Position numbers and translations under genes: made by a program. This document shows, piece after piece, positions 8,815 to 22,246 of a stretch of DNA of 64,000 nucleotides (positions within the stretch are counted from its first letter, which is position 1; each line of letters begins with the position of its first letter). Origin of the DNA: an uncultured Pseudomonadota bacterium (GTDB taxonomy: Bacteria; Myxococcota_A; Polyangia; Fen-1088); contig CAVSAG010000002.1 of assembly GCA_963725905.1 (NCBI GenBank), positions 79,755-143,754 of the forward strand. The letters are read 5' to 3'. Under the pieces are notes generated by a model, which was not told the DNA's origin, made no database searches, and saw only the letters and a list, made by a program, of their open reading frames with translations.

Positions 8815-9609
8815 TCAGGCCACGCGGCGCGTCGTCCGGCGTTGCTTTTTGCGTGCCAGATAGACGTGCTGCTCGCCGTGCTCGTCGTCGAGATCGAGCG
8901 GCCGACCGTCGAAGCCGCCCCAGCTGGCGACGAGATCGAGGCCTGCGCGACGGAGCAGCGCTTCGATTTCGCGGGGTTGAAGCAAACGGTGGCGCAGCGA
9001 CACCAACTTGCCGCGGGAGCGTCGCCCGTCGGTGTCGAGGCGCTGGTAGCGAAAGGTCATCGCCAGCACGCGGCCGTCGAGGACGTGCGTTTCGCTGTAG
9101 AGGGTCGCGCGACCGGTGCGCGGGTCGCGGAAGCGGGTCGTCCCTGACGGAGTGCGCCGCTCGACGAACCGGCGCGTCGGCGCGAAGGTGTCGAACGCCA
9201 GCCAGCCGCCCGGCAGCAGCGCCGCGCGCGCGTCCCGGAAGAACCGCACCAGCTCCTCGTCGGTCTCGCAGTGCTGGACGGTGTGAAACGCGGCCACCGC
9301 GAAGGCGAACCGGCGCGCGAACGGCAACGCGCGCAGATCGCCGCGGACGAGGAGGGCGCGACCGCGCGCCGCGGGCGGAAGGCGCGCCACGCGGGCGGCG
9401 GCCCCGGCCAGCATCGCCGGGGAGCGATCGAGGCCGGCGACGCGATGACCGTCGCGCAGGAGCGGCACCAGCAGGCGGCCGGTCCCGCAGCCGAGATCGA
9501 CGATGGGGCCGCCCCGCTCGTCGGCGAGCGTCCGGTAGAACCGGAGGTCATCGCGCCGGCGCCGGTACTCCCAGTCGTAGAGGACGGGATCGTCGAACGG
9601 GCTTCGCAC
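8815..9609 (-). CDS. class I SAM-dependent methyltransferase
   Basis: The ORF 8815..10236 is over-extended. GTG at 9609 gives VRSPFDDPVLYDWEYRRRRDDLRFY... with SAM motif I IVDLGCGTGRLL. Length is ~264 aa. Confidence 0.75.
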   Translation of the reverse strand: MRSPFDDPVLYDWEYRRRRDDLRFYRTLADERGGPIVDLGCGTGRLLVPLLRDGHRVAGLDRSPAMLAGAAARVARLPPAARGRALLVRGDLRALPFARRFAFAVAAFHTVQHCETDEELVRFFRDARAALLPGGWLAFDTFAPTRRFVERRTPSGTTRFRDPRTGRATLYSETHVLDGRVLAMTFRYQRLDTDGRRSRGKLVSLRHRLLQPREIEALLRRAGLDLVASWGGFDGRPLDLDDEHGEQHVYLARKKQRRTTRRVA

Positions 9610-9672
9610 CCGCCGAGCATACGCGGCGCCCCTTGACGGCGCGCCGCCCGTCGCGGGATTTTGGAGGGCTCC

Positions 9673-10350
9673 ATGGACGCCATCGTGCTTCTCTCGGGTG
9701 GGATCGATTCGGCCACCGCCCTGGCCATGACCCGCGCCGCCGGCCACCGCTGTCACGCCCTGTCGTTTCGCTACGGGCAACGCCACGCGATCGAGCTCGA
9801 GGCCGCGGCCCGGGTGGCCCGCGCGCTGGGCGCCGTCCGCCACGACGTCATGACGCTGGACCTGCGCGCCATCGGCGGCTCTGCGCTGACCGCCGAGATC
9901 GCCGTGCCGAAGGGGCGCGACGAAGCGGCCATCGGCAGCGGCATCCCGGTCACCTACGTGCCGGCCCGCAACACGATCTTCCTCGCCTACGCCATTGGCC
10001 TCGCCGAGGTGCGCGACGCCTCGGAGATCGTCGTCGGCGTCAACGTGCTCGACTCGTCCGGGTACCCCGACTGCCGCCCCGAGTGGCTGGCGGCGATGCA
10101 GGAGGTGGCGCGCCTCGGCACCAAGACCGGCGTCGAGCGGCGCCCGGTCACCATCCGCGCGCCGCTCATCAAGATGTCGAAGGCGGAGATCATCCGCGCC
10201 GGGATCAAGCTGGGGATCGACTACGGCCTCACGCACTCCTGCTACGACCCGTCGCCCTCGGGAGCCGCCTGCGGCGCCTGCGACTCCTGCCAGCTCCGGC
10301 GGCGCGGCTTCGAGTCCGCCGGCGTCGAGGATCCGACCCGGTACGTCTGA
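9673..10350 (+). CDS. queC: 7-cyano-7-deazaguanine synthase QueC
   Basis: [18 protein letters not shown] (PP-loop SGGxDS), [15 protein letters not shown], and the C-terminal Zn cluster [20 protein letters not shown]. ggaggg lies 5 nt upstream of the ATG at 9673. Confidence 0.9.
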   Translation: MDAIVLLSGGIDSATALAMTRAAGHRCHALSFRYGQRHAIELEAAARVARALGAVRHDVMTLDLRAIGGSALTAEIAVPKGRDEAAIGSGIPVTYVPARNTIFLAYAIGLAEVRDASEIVVGVNVLDSSGYPDCRPEWLAAMQEVARLGTKTGVERRPVTIRAPLIKMSKAEIIRAGIKLGIDYGLTHSCYDPSPSGAACGACDSCQLRRRGFESAGVEDPTRYV

Positions 10351-11838
10351 CTACTCGCCGCGGTTCCAGGGGCCGCCGAAGCTGCCGCCCCCCAGGAAGG
10401 CGGGTCGCAGGTCGGGCGTCAGCAGCGCACGGGCGGCAACGCCCAGGGAGCCGAGATCGAGCGGCAGCGGCGCCAGGCTCCGTGGTGCTTGCACCGGCGG
10501 GGCGGGCGCAGGACCGCGCTCGCGTCTCCCTCGGTCGCGGCGCCAGCGATCGCGCCCCGGCTCGGGCCCGGCGAGCTCTTCGTCCTCCTGCTCGTCGGGG
10601 TAGGGGACCATGTCCGCCCCCTCGGCCACGATGGGCCGCCCGGCCAGCGTCGGATCCTCTGTCTCCGCGTCGCCCACGATCTGGGCGAGCCGCAACGCCT
10701 CGGCGTAGTGCTCACGGGCGCGCAGGCGCCGGCTCTCGCCCCTCGGCCGCTTGGTCGGCAGGAGGTGGCGGAGCGCCAGCAGAATCTGGCGGGCCAGCTC
10801 GCTGTCCCGGCGCGACGGGCGCAGCCGCTCGAGCGCCGGCGCGATCGCCTGCGCCACCATCTGGCCGATGTCGCGCACGCCGTTGGTGTCGGGGTCGAGC
10901 GCGTCGCGCAGCGGCGGCAGCAGCAGCGCTGCGAGAATGAGCGCGTTCGAAGGGGCGGTAGGCCGCGCGGCCGCGGAGCGATCGAGCGCAGCGAGATAAG
11001 CCCACAGCCGCCGCCGCCGCAGGGCCTCGTCGTCGTCGGCCGGATCGCCCTTGAGCCCGCGCGCGAGCTCGGGGACGAGCAGCTCGAGCAGCTCGGTCTC
11101 GACCAGCAGCTCGAGCGAGCGCTTGGCCGCGCCACCACGCAGGAGGCGGTAGAACTCCTCGGAGACGCGGGCCTGCGCGCACTTGGCGATCTCCTGGCGG
11201 TGCTCCATCATCCGCCGGTAGGTCTCGGGCTCGATCGTCAGATCGCAGCGCGCCGCGAACTTCACCGCGCGCAGGATCCGGATCGGGTCCTCGCGAAACC
11301 GGATGTCGGGATCGCCGATGGTGCGCACGGTCCGCGACTCGAGATCGGGCAGCCCCTGCACGTGGTCGATCACCTGCCTGGTCTGAATGTCGTAGAAGAG
11401 GCCGTTGATCGTGAAGTCGCGCCGCCGGGCGTCCTGCTCGGGGGTGCCGAAGACGTTGTCGCGGCGGATCAGCAGGTCGCCGCTCTCGGGCGCGGCGCCG
11501 TCGTTGTCGTCGTCCTCCATCTCGCGCGGGTTGGCGCGGAAGGTGGAGGTCTCGATGATCTTCGGACCGAAGAAGACGTGGGCCAGCCGAAAACGTCGGC
11601 CGATGATCCGCGAGTTTCGAAAGCTCTTCTTGATCTCTGGTGGGGTGGCGCTGGTGACGACGTCGAAGTCCTTCGGCTTGAGGCCGAGCAAGAGGTCGCG
11701 CACGCAGCCGCCGACGAGGTACGCGGCGTGGCCGGAGTCTTTCAACCGCCGGACGACGTTCGCCGCGTCGGGATCGATCTGATCCGGGGCGATGTTCATT
11801 TGGCGCTTAGGGGTAACACGCCCAAATGTCCCCGGCAA
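10351..11838 (-). CDS. pcnB: poly(A) polymerase I family nucleotidyltransferase (PcnB-like; CCA-adding family member not excluded)
   Basis: AYLVGGCVRDLLLGLKPKDFDVVTSATPPEIKKSFRNSRIIGRRFRLAHVFFGPKIIETSTFR closely follows the PcnB N-terminal pattern. The C-terminus is Arg-rich. Alternative start at 11799 (MNIAPDQ). Confidence 0.8.
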   Translation of the reverse strand: MPGTFGRVTPKRQMNIAPDQIDPDAANVVRRLKDSGHAAYLVGGCVRDLLLGLKPKDFDVVTSATPPEIKKSFRNSRIIGRRFRLAHVFFGPKIIETSTFRANPREMEDDDNDGAAPESGDLLIRRDNVFGTPEQDARRRDFTINGLFYDIQTRQVIDHVQGLPDLESRTVRTIGDPDIRFREDPIRILRAVKFAARCDLTIEPETYRRMMEHRQEIAKCAQARVSEEFYRLLRGGAAKRSLELLVETELLELLVPELARGLKGDPADDDEALRRRRLWAYLAALDRSAAARPTAPSNALILAALLLPPLRDALDPDTNGVRDIGQMVAQAIAPALERLRPSRRDSELARQILLALRHLLPTKRPRGESRRLRAREHYAEALRLAQIVGDAETEDPTLAGRPIVAEGADMVPYPDEQEDEELAGPEPGRDRWRRDRGRRERGPAPAPPVQAPRSLAPLPLDLGSLGVAARALLTPDLRPAFLGGGSFGGPWNRGE

Positions 11839-11857
11839 TGCGGGCGCGCGGCCGGGC

Positions 11858-13042
11858 TCACTCGATGGTCGGGGCCATCGTGGCGTCGGGGTCGTCCTCG
11901 ACCGGGCGCTTCCCCTTGGCGGGCTTGCCCTCCACGGCGTCGGACTTACCAGCGGGCTTGCCGTCCGACTTGTCGCCCTGGTCGGGCTTGTCGGACCCCT
12001 CGGCGCCGGCCTCCGGGTGGTGTTTCGCCCCCGGGCGCGTGTGGTGCGTCGCCGCGGATGGGACGGCCGCCGGTCTGGGACGCGCCGGCGGGGCAGGCGG
12101 AGCCGCCGCCTCGTCGTCGCGGTCGGTCGTCGGCGTGTGTCTGGTGGCTGCGGCAGCGGGAGCGGTCGCAGCCGGCGGCGGGGCCGCCGCGGGCAGGTGC
12201 GCCTCGGGCGGAGCCGCCACGGGCACCTCGGGCGGTGTCGGCGGGGGCGGCGTCAGCGGGTGGAGATCGAGCGGGCGGGCCGCGGGCAATCCCGCCGGTC
12301 GCGGTGGGGCGCCCAGGTCGTCGGTGTTGGCGCGGACCCACAGGAGCGCCGCCACCACGATGAGCGCGATGCACGCGGCGGCGGCGACGATCCGGCCGAT
12401 GATCTTCCGGCGCGGCGGCAGCGGCTGGACCTCGATCGGCGTTCGGTAGTACCGGCTCTGGCGCGGGAAGGGCGGGGCAGGCGCGTCGGCCACGGGCGTG
12501 GCCTTGTAGTGCGCGTACGGTCCGGGCTGAAAGATCGCGATCTCGTGGTTCGTCGGCTTTCCACGCTCGACGACCGCCAGGGCCTTCGAGGTGTCGACCT
12601 CTTCGGCGCGACGGGCCGGCTCGAGGTCGGGGAGGTGAACGCCGTGGCCGAACATCGTGCCGCGCAGGTGCTTGTCGTCGAACGGCTGCGTCGTCTGCTG
12701 GCCGGGAAGCGGACCGCTGACGCTCCGGCCGACGGCGGTCCCGCGCGACGGGTCGACGGTGATCTCCGGGATGAGCGGCGCGGCGTCAGCTGGAACCTTG
12801 GGCGTCACCCGCGCCGGATCGGCGATCGCGTCGGCCACGGCGCGGTGGATGCCGGTCTGCGGCCCGGGCGGTGCGTCGAGCGATCGGAGCTTCTTCAGCC
12901 CCTGCTCGACCTTGGCCTCGTCGACCACCGTCGGCCCGGAGTAGAACGACGCGGATCCGGCGCTGTCCGCCGCGTCAGCCGCGTCGAGCGGGGGCTCCTC
13001 GTCTTCGAGCTCCCCGATTCCGGGAAAAGTCTTTCCCGCCAT
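11858..13042 (-). CDS. hypothetical single-pass membrane protein, Pro/Ala-rich
   Basis: 394-aa ORF with consistent G/C3. One TM helix (IIGRIVAAAACIALIVVAALLWV), followed by a Pro/Ala-rich region and a Lys/Asp-rich end. Confidence 0.5.
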   Translation of the reverse strand: MAGKTFPGIGELEDEEPPLDAADAADSAGSASFYSGPTVVDEAKVEQGLKKLRSLDAPPGPQTGIHRAVADAIADPARVTPKVPADAAPLIPEITVDPSRGTAVGRSVSGPLPGQQTTQPFDDKHLRGTMFGHGVHLPDLEPARRAEEVDTSKALAVVERGKPTNHEIAIFQPGPYAHYKATPVADAPAPPFPRQSRYYRTPIEVQPLPPRRKIIGRIVAAAACIALIVVAALLWVRANTDDLGAPPRPAGLPAARPLDLHPLTPPPPTPPEVPVAAPPEAHLPAAAPPPAATAPAAAATRHTPTTDRDDEAAAPPAPPARPRPAAVPSAATHHTRPGAKHHPEAGAEGSDKPDQGDKSDGKPAGKSDAVEGKPAKGKRPVEDDPDATMAPTIE

Positions 13043-13121
13043 TGCCCGGGATCTTAGCGGATATCAGCCCAAAACACGACCCTCCGCACATCGCCCGTGT
13101 ATAGTTTTCGGGGCGTTCGGC

Positions 13122-14165
13122 ATGCGCATCTGCTTCGTCGTCAACAGCGCCCGGACCCAGAAGGCGAGCTACACGACGCTGCATCTGGCGTTCGCCGGCT
13201 ACCGGCGCGGCCACGACGTCGCTTTCGCCTCGGTCGATGCCTTCTCGCAGGGTGAAGGGGCCGACATCGTGGCCGAGGTGGTCCGGCCGAAGCCGGGACG
13301 CCTGCGCGACGCCGCCGCCTACGCGAAGGCCCTGACGGGTGCGGACGCCCCGCGCGAGGAGGCGCGGCTGGTCGATTTCGACGTGATTTTCCTGCGCAAC
13401 AACCCCAACGCCGGCTCGGACGAGGGCGACCGGTTCAACCCGGCGCTCGACTTCGGGAGGCGCCTCAAGCAGCTCGGCGTGCTGGTGGTGAACGATCCGG
13501 ATGGGCTGGCCCGCGCCGGCTCCAAGATGTACCTGGCCGGCTTTCCGGTCGAGCTGCGGCCGAAGACGCTGGTCACCCGGTCGATCGAGCGGGTGCGCGC
13601 CTTTCTGCGCGAGCTCGACGGTCCGGCCATCATCAAGCCCCTGGCCGGGTTCGGCGGCAAGAACGTCTTCTACGTGGCGCGCGGGCAGAGCGCGAACCTG
13701 CAGCAGATGATCTCGACCGTCCGGCGCGCCGGCTACGTCATCGTGCAGGAGTTCCTGCCGGCCGTGGCCAAGGGGGACAAGCGGGTGCTGCTGCTGGGCG
13801 GCGCGCCGCTGGCCGTGGGGGGCGTCGTCGCCGCCTACAAGCGGATGCGCCCCAAGGACGACATCCGGAACAACATCCACGTCGGAGGGTCGCGCCGTCG
13901 CACGGACTTCTCGGAGGCCGAACGCCGGATCTGCGATCTGCTGCGTCCGCGCCTGGTGGCCGACGGCCTCTACTTCGTCGGCGTCGATCTGGTGGGCGAC
14001 AAGATCCTCGAGATCAACGTCTTCGCGCCGGGCGGAATCGCCAACATCCACGACCTCTACGAGGTCGACGTGGCCACGGCCATCATCCGCGACCTCGAGC
14101 GGAAGGTCGAGCTGCGGTCGGTGTATTCCGAGCCCATCCCGCCCCACGTCTTCATGCGCGCGTGA
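13122..14165 (+). CDS. gshB: glutathione synthetase-like ATP-grasp enzyme
   Basis: Collinear with prokaryotic GshB: TLVTRS, AIIKPLAGFGGKNVF, EFLPAVAKGDKRVLLLGGAP, FVGVDLVGDKILEINVFAPGG. Confidence 0.75.
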   Translation: MRICFVVNSARTQKASYTTLHLAFAGYRRGHDVAFASVDAFSQGEGADIVAEVVRPKPGRLRDAAAYAKALTGADAPREEARLVDFDVIFLRNNPNAGSDEGDRFNPALDFGRRLKQLGVLVVNDPDGLARAGSKMYLAGFPVELRPKTLVTRSIERVRAFLRELDGPAIIKPLAGFGGKNVFYVARGQSANLQQMISTVRRAGYVIVQEFLPAVAKGDKRVLLLGGAPLAVGGVVAAYKRMRPKDDIRNNIHVGGSRRRTDFSEAERRICDLLRPRLVADGLYFVGVDLVGDKILEINVFAPGGIANIHDLYEVDVATAIIRDLERKVELRSVYSEPIPPHVFMRA

Positions 14166-14183
14166 TCAAAGCGTATCGCGTGG

Positions 14184-14250
14184 GGGTGGGCGGGCTCCGC
14201 CCACCCGACCCCATCGCGGGGGAGGGTGAGGACCCTCCCAGGGTCCTCAC
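14184..14250. terminator. two tandem hairpins between convergent genes
   Basis: Hairpin 14184-14206: gggtgggcgg/gct/ccgcccaccc, a 10-bp stem. Hairpin 14226-14250: gtgaggaccc/tccca/gggtcctcac, a 10-bp stem that overlaps the stop codon of the minus-strand gene. Confidence 0.5.
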
Positions 14251-14717
14251 AATTGGATGTGAAGGGGGAGCCCCTTCTCGATCGACTCGGTGGCGCCGTC
14301 GGCGACCAGGTGCCAGATGTGGCGGAGCTGGGCCTCGATGACGGTCCCCTCGTCGTCGTCCTCCTCTTCTTCCTCTTCGTCCTCTTCCGGCTCCTCCGTG
14401 TCGACCGACAGCTCCTCGCGCATCTCCTCGAGTACGTCGAGCAGCGCCTGCGACGACGCTACACGGAAATCCCCGATGGTGACCCGCCCCTCGAACTCGA
14501 CCGGCAGGTAGATCTCGGCGCCCAGATCGTGGGCGTCGAGGCGGTCGAGGAACTCGGTGAGCGCCTCCTCGGAGAGGCGCGCCGCGATCGTGTGCGAGGC
14601 GTGTTCGTCCGCCTTTTCGAACGGCGGGGCGCCCGCCTCGACCAACAGCTTGGCGAGCGTCCTTGTCTCGTCGTCGTCGAGGCGATGGGACAGCGGCGCC
14701 AGCTCGATCTCGGCCAT
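14247..14717 (-). CDS. acidic hypothetical protein
   Basis: 156-aa ORF with good G/C3 and the acidic run EEPEEDEEEEEEDDDE. No family recognised. Confidence 0.5.
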   Translation of the reverse strand: MAEIELAPLSHRLDDDETRTLAKLLVEAGAPPFEKADEHASHTIAARLSEEALTEFLDRLDAHDLGAEIYLPVEFEGRVTIGDFRVASSQALLDVLEEMREELSVDTEEPEEDEEEEEEDDDEGTVIEAQLRHIWHLVADGATESIEKGLPLHIQL

Positions 14718-14787
14718 GGTTCCTAACCGTGCCGCACGCCCCGACCGCCGTCAATGCGTTAGGGCGGATCTGGTAGTGTTCGTCTCC

Positions 14788-17450
14788 ATGACGTTGGACA
14801 TCGTCCGGGCATTTTCGGAGGCCCGCGAGCAGGCGGCCGCCGCCGTCCGGGCCGGCGGCAACGGCATCGAGGTGGCACGCACCCTCTCCAGCGACGTCGA
14901 CCGGATCGTGGTGGAGGCTGCGGGGGCCGAGGTGGCGAAGTGCCCGACACCGGTGGCGGTGTTCGCGACCGGCGGCTTCGGCCGCGCCGAGCTGGCGCCA
15001 TTCTCCGATCTCGACCTCCTGGTGCTGTGCGAGAAGTCGCCGGACAAGCCGGTGCAGACGCTGGCGGAGGCGATCCTCTACCCGCTCTGGGACGCCAAGG
15101 TCGACGCCGGCCACGCCATCCGCTCGTTCAAACAGGCGCTGTCGCTGCCCGAGAGCGATCTGGCAGCGGCCACCGCGCTGCTCGACGCGCGCTTCTTAAC
15201 CGGGGACCTGGCGCTGGGGCGCAAGTTCCTGGAGGCCTTCCGCGCGCGCGTGGCCAAGACGGCGGCCGAGGATTTCGTGGCGCGGCTGCGGGCCGAGCAG
15301 CGGGCGCGCCACAGCCGCTTCGGCGACACGATCTTCCTGCTCGAGCCCGATCTCAAGAACGGTCCCGGCGGCATGCGCGATCTCTGCGTCGGCCGCTGGG
15401 CCGCGCAGGCGCGGTTCGGCACCTCGGATCCCAAGGAGCTGGTCGCCAAGGGGGTGATGACCGGGCGGCTCGCGCAGGCGTTCGTCAACGCGACGGAGTG
15501 GCTCCTGCGCGTGCGTATCGCCATGCACGCGGCGGCGGGGCGGCGGCAGGATCACCTGCGCTTCGCGCTGCAGGAGGCAATCGCCCCCTGGCTCTGCCCC
15601 GACGCGCAGGATCGCGGCGGCGTCATCCGGCCGGCGGTCCACCCCGCGGTCGAGGCGCTGATGCACCAGTATCACGCGCACGCCAAGCTCATCCGCAACG
15701 AGACGGAGCGCCTCCTGCAGCGGGCGACCGCGCGCGACGAGTCGCGCCGCCCCAGCCAGCCGGTGCCGACGCTGGACGGCGGCGCCGTCGACGAGAGCTT
15801 CGTCGTGCGCGAGGGGATGCTGGAGGGCAAGGACGGGTCGGTGTTCGAGCAGAAGCCGTCGGAGATGATCCGCATCTTCCAGGTGGCGATCGCCTTCGAC
15901 ATCCCGCTGTCGCTCCGCACGCTGGAGATGCTGGGGGAGCTGGCCGCCACGCGCGGCGAGTCGCTGCGCGCCGATCCCGACTCGGGCCGCTGCTTCATGG
16001 AGATCGTCTGCGACGGACGCGACCGCGCCAACCCCTCGCGGCTCGAACAGATGCAGGATCTCGGCTTGCTGGCGGCGCTGATGCCCGAGTGGGAGCCGTC
16101 GACGGGGCGCGTGCAGCACGACATCTATCACGTCTACACGGTCGACCAGCACGCCCTCTACGCAGTCGGCCGGTTGCACGCGCTCGGGCGCGGCGACCAC
16201 GCCGACCAGTTCAGGACGCCGACCGAGACGGTGCGTGAGGTAACGCGGCCGTGGCGCTGGCGGCCGGCACGCTCCTGCACGACGTCGGCAAACCGTACGG
16301 CAGCCCGCACAGCGAGATCGGCGCCGGGCTGGCGGTCACCATCTGCCGGCGGCTGGGGATCGACGAGGACGACATCAAGCGCATCGAGTTCCTGGTCAGG
16401 CAGCACCTGGTCATGGGGCAGATGTCGCAGCGCCGCGACCTCGACGACATCGGGATGATCTCCGACTTCGCCACGCTGTGCGGCGACGAGGAGAACCTGC
16501 GCGAGCTCTACCTGCTCACTTTCTGCGACCTCGCCTCGGTTGCTCCAGACGCGATGTCCAGCTGGAAGGAGACGCTGCTCGGCGAGCTCTACACGCGCAC
16601 GCAGAAGTTCATAAGCCGCGGGCCGGACCTGCTGGGGGCGGAGCGGGCCGAGATCGTCGAGCGGCGGCAGAAGCGCGCGGCGGCGATCCTCGAGGAGCCC
16701 GAAAAGAACGCCGCCCTCACCACCTTGTTCGGCGGCTTCCCCGATCGCTACTTCGCCGAGAACTCGGCGCTGCGCATCGCCAAGCACGTCCGCCTCATCC
16801 GCGAACGTCGCCAGCAGAAGAAGAGCGCGCTCGTCGAGGTCGCCCACGAGGAGCGGCTGGGGATGACCGAGATGGTGCTGGCCGCGCGCGATCTCCCCGG
16901 CCTGCTCGCCGAGGTGGCCGGCGTCCTCTTCGCCAACCGGATCGAGGTCGTCGACGCCGCCATCTACTCGCGCCAGCCGGCCGACGCCGGCGAGGAGGCG
17001 GAGGCGCTCGACATCTTCCGCGTGCGCGATGGGATGCGCCGCCCAGTGATGGACGAGGGGCGCTGGAAGAAGGTGCGCGAGGACCTGGAGGCGGTGCTGA
17101 CGGGAAAGATCAAAGGGGAGGCGCTGGTCGCGGCGCGCCCGCGCGGCGACTCGATCGCCGCCTGGCGCACGCCGGCCGTGCCGACCGAGGTGAAGATGGA
17201 CAACGACGTCAGCCGCGACTTCACCGTGCTGGAGATCGTCACCGAGGACCGCCCCGGCGTCCTCTACAAGATGACGCGGACGTTGTTCAACGAGAGCCTG
17301 GACATCCACCGCTCGAAGATCGCCACCGAGGCCAACCGCGCCATCGACGTCTTCTACGTGCGCGACAAGGCCAACCTGGTGAAGATCACCGACCCCGAGC
17401 GGATGGCGCGCCTCAAGACCAGGCTTCTGGACCTGCTCGCCGACAGGTAG
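14788..17450 (+). CDS. glnD: [protein-PII] uridylyltransferase/uridylyl-removing enzyme GlnD, frame broken once
   Basis: NTase motif GGFGRAELAPFSDLDLLVL, HD domain LLHDVGKP, and two C-terminal ACT-like domains. The frame changes at ~16249-16251 (REVTRP|VALAAGTLLHDVGKP), which looks like a 1-nt deletion. Confidence 0.88.
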
Positions 17451-17461
17451 ACTGGGCCCCG

Positions 17462-18490
17462 ATGACCGCGCTCCCGTTGCTGCTGGCGTTGCTCGCTCAG
17501 GAGGCTGGCGGCGCCGCGCCGCTGCTCGAAAAGGGAGAGCGCCTGTTTCGCCAGGGAGATACGGCCGGCGCGCTGGGCGCTTTTCAGGAGGCGGCCAAGG
17601 CCGATCCGCGCGACGCGCGGCCGCACTATCTCGGCGGCGTGGCCCTGGAGAAAAAGGGGGACGCCGCCGGCGCCACCGCGGAGTACAAGAAGGCGGTCGC
17701 CCTCAAGAGCGACTTCGCCGAGGCGCACAATAACCTCGGGGCGCTCCTGATCGCGGGCGGCGACGCGGCCGGGGCCGCGCGGGAGCTCGAGGCCGCGACG
17801 CGCGCCAAGCCGGATTACGCCGAGGCGCAGTACAACCTGGGCGTCGCGCGCGACGCGCTCGGCAAGAAGCCCGAGGCCGTCGCTGCCTACCGCGAGGCGG
17901 TGCGGCTCAAGCCCGCCGACGCCGGCTATCGCCTGAATCTGGGCGCCGCCCTCCGGCGCGCCGGCGATCTGCCGGGCGCGGTGGCCGCGCTCAAGGACGC
18001 GACCCGCCTGGCGCCGCGCGATCCGATCGGCTGGGCCGATCTCGGCATGGTGCTCTCGGACCAGAGGGACCTCGACGGCGCGCAGGCGGCGCTCGACAAG
18101 GCGACCAAGCTCAAACCCGACTTCGCGCTCGGCTGGAACCGGCTCGGGCGCGTCGAGCTGAAACGCGGGCAGATCCCGGCCGCGGTCGCCGCCCAGGAGC
18201 GGGCGCGCAAGCTCGACGCCAAGAACGGCGCCTTCGCGGCCGATCTCTGCCGCGCGCTGCTCGAACAGAAGGACGCGGGCAAGGCGGCCCCCGAGTGCCG
18301 CGCCGCCGTCGAGCTCGATCCGAAAAGCCCGCTCGCCCGCTATGAGCTCATGAAGGTGCTGGTGGCCAAGGGAGACTGCGCCGACGCCAGGTCGGAGCTG
18401 GCCCGGTTCAAGGGGATGGGCGTCAAGCCGGAGGCCCAGAAACAGGCCGACGCCATCGTCGCCACCTGCACCAAGCACGGCGCAAAATAG
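17462..18490 (+). CDS. tetratricopeptide repeat protein (secreted)
   Basis: [17 protein letters not shown] followed by successive TPR units ([33 protein letters not shown], ...). Confidence 0.75.
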   Translation: MTALPLLLALLAQEAGGAAPLLEKGERLFRQGDTAGALGAFQEAAKADPRDARPHYLGGVALEKKGDAAGATAEYKKAVALKSDFAEAHNNLGALLIAGGDAAGAARELEAATRAKPDYAEAQYNLGVARDALGKKPEAVAAYREAVRLKPADAGYRLNLGAALRRAGDLPGAVAALKDATRLAPRDPIGWADLGMVLSDQRDLDGAQAALDKATKLKPDFALGWNRLGRVELKRGQIPAAVAAQERARKLDAKNGAFAADLCRALLEQKDAGKAAPECRAAVELDPKSPLARYELMKVLVAKGDCADARSELARFKGMGVKPEAQKQADAIVATCTKHGAK

Positions 18491-18511
18491 TCACCGCGTA
18501 GGGCGGTGACT
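18489..18511 (+). terminator. hairpin after the TPR gene
   Basis: agtcaccgc/gtagg/gcggtgact: a 9-bp stem followed by tt. It overlaps the TAG stop. Confidence 0.4.
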
Positions 18512-18527
18512 TTGCTAGTCTCCCGAG

Positions 18528-21561
<3,034 letters not shown>

Positions 21562-21571
21562 CGCGGCGCTG

Positions 21572-22246
21572 ATGGCCGCGCCGCTCGCCCGGGCGGCGCT
21601 GGCGTCGCTCGCCCGGGCGGCGCTGGTGTCGCTCGCCTGGTCGGCGCTGGCCTCCGCCGAGCCGCCGGGCCCCACCGAGCTCGTCGAGACGCGCGACGGT
21701 GTGACCATCGACTGGCGCGCCGGCACTCTGACTGCCACGGGCGGCGCCGCCGCCGATCTCCGGATGCCCAGCGTCGACCTGGCCCGGCCGGGTGCCGAGC
21801 GGCGGGCCCGGGCAGCGGCTGTCGGCAAGCTGCGTGCGGCCCTCGCCGCGCTGCCGGCCGGCGGCGGGCGGAAGCTCGACCCCGATCGCATCGACAAGGC
21901 CCTTGGCCGCGCCCGCGCCGCCGACGTGCAGTACCAGTCGAACGGTGGCGCGGTCGTTCGCCTGGAGGTCGGGTTCGCCGACTGGCTGGACGACCCGGCC
22001 GCGGCGCCCACCGTCCTCTCCGTCCACGAGACGCACCTCGCCGCCTCGCCCAGGGCCGTCGTCGGCGGACAGGAGATCGCGCTCGGCGCCGCGACCTACC
22101 GGACCGGCGCGCCGCCGGCGGACGCCCGCGCGCATGCGGCCCGCGTCGACCACGCCGGCCGTCTGGTTATCGAGGGCGGCGCCGACCTGTCGGCAAAGCT
22201 CGCCCACGGCGCCGCGCTGATCTACGTTCAGAAGGTGCTGCGGTGA
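21572..22246 (+). CDS. secreted hypothetical protein
   Basis: ATG at 21572. The signal region is MAAPLARAALASLARAALVSLAWSALASA. The stop overlaps the next start (GTGA at 22243-22246). Confidence 0.55.
   Translation: MAAPLARAALASLARAALVSLAWSALASAEPPGPTELVETRDGVTIDWRAGTLTATGGAAADLRMPSVDLARPGAERRARAAAVGKLRAALAALPAGGGRKLDPDRIDKALGRARAADVQYQSNGGAVVRLEVGFADWLDDPAAAPTVLSVHETHLAASPRAVVGGQEIALGAATYRTGAPPADARAHAARVDHAGRLVIEGGADLSAKLAHGAALIYVQKVLR
21584..21655 (+). repeat. 24-bp tandem repeat x3 inside a signal-peptide coding region
   Basis: ctcgcccgggcggcgctggcgtcg / ctcgcccgggcggcgctggtgtcg / ctcgcctggtcggcgctggcctcc encode LARAALAS / LARAALVS / LAWSALAS. Confidence 0.8.

Noticed and set aside
9610-9672. 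A preQ1-type riboswitch upstream of queC.
   Set aside because: The ~60-nt spacer holds only a TTGACG-like -35 box, a weak -10 and a ggaggg RBS. I could not see the compact preQ1 hairpin/pseudoknot motif.
10351-11838. Re-assigning the PcnB-like gene as the CCA-adding enzyme, because the tRNAs lack encoded CCA.
   Set aside because: The N-terminal 70 residues follow the PcnB pattern closely (RRFRLAHVFFGPKIIETSTFR), and the Arg-rich C-terminus is PcnB-like. The two subfamilies cannot be separated with certainty by eye, so the caveat is kept in the feature call.
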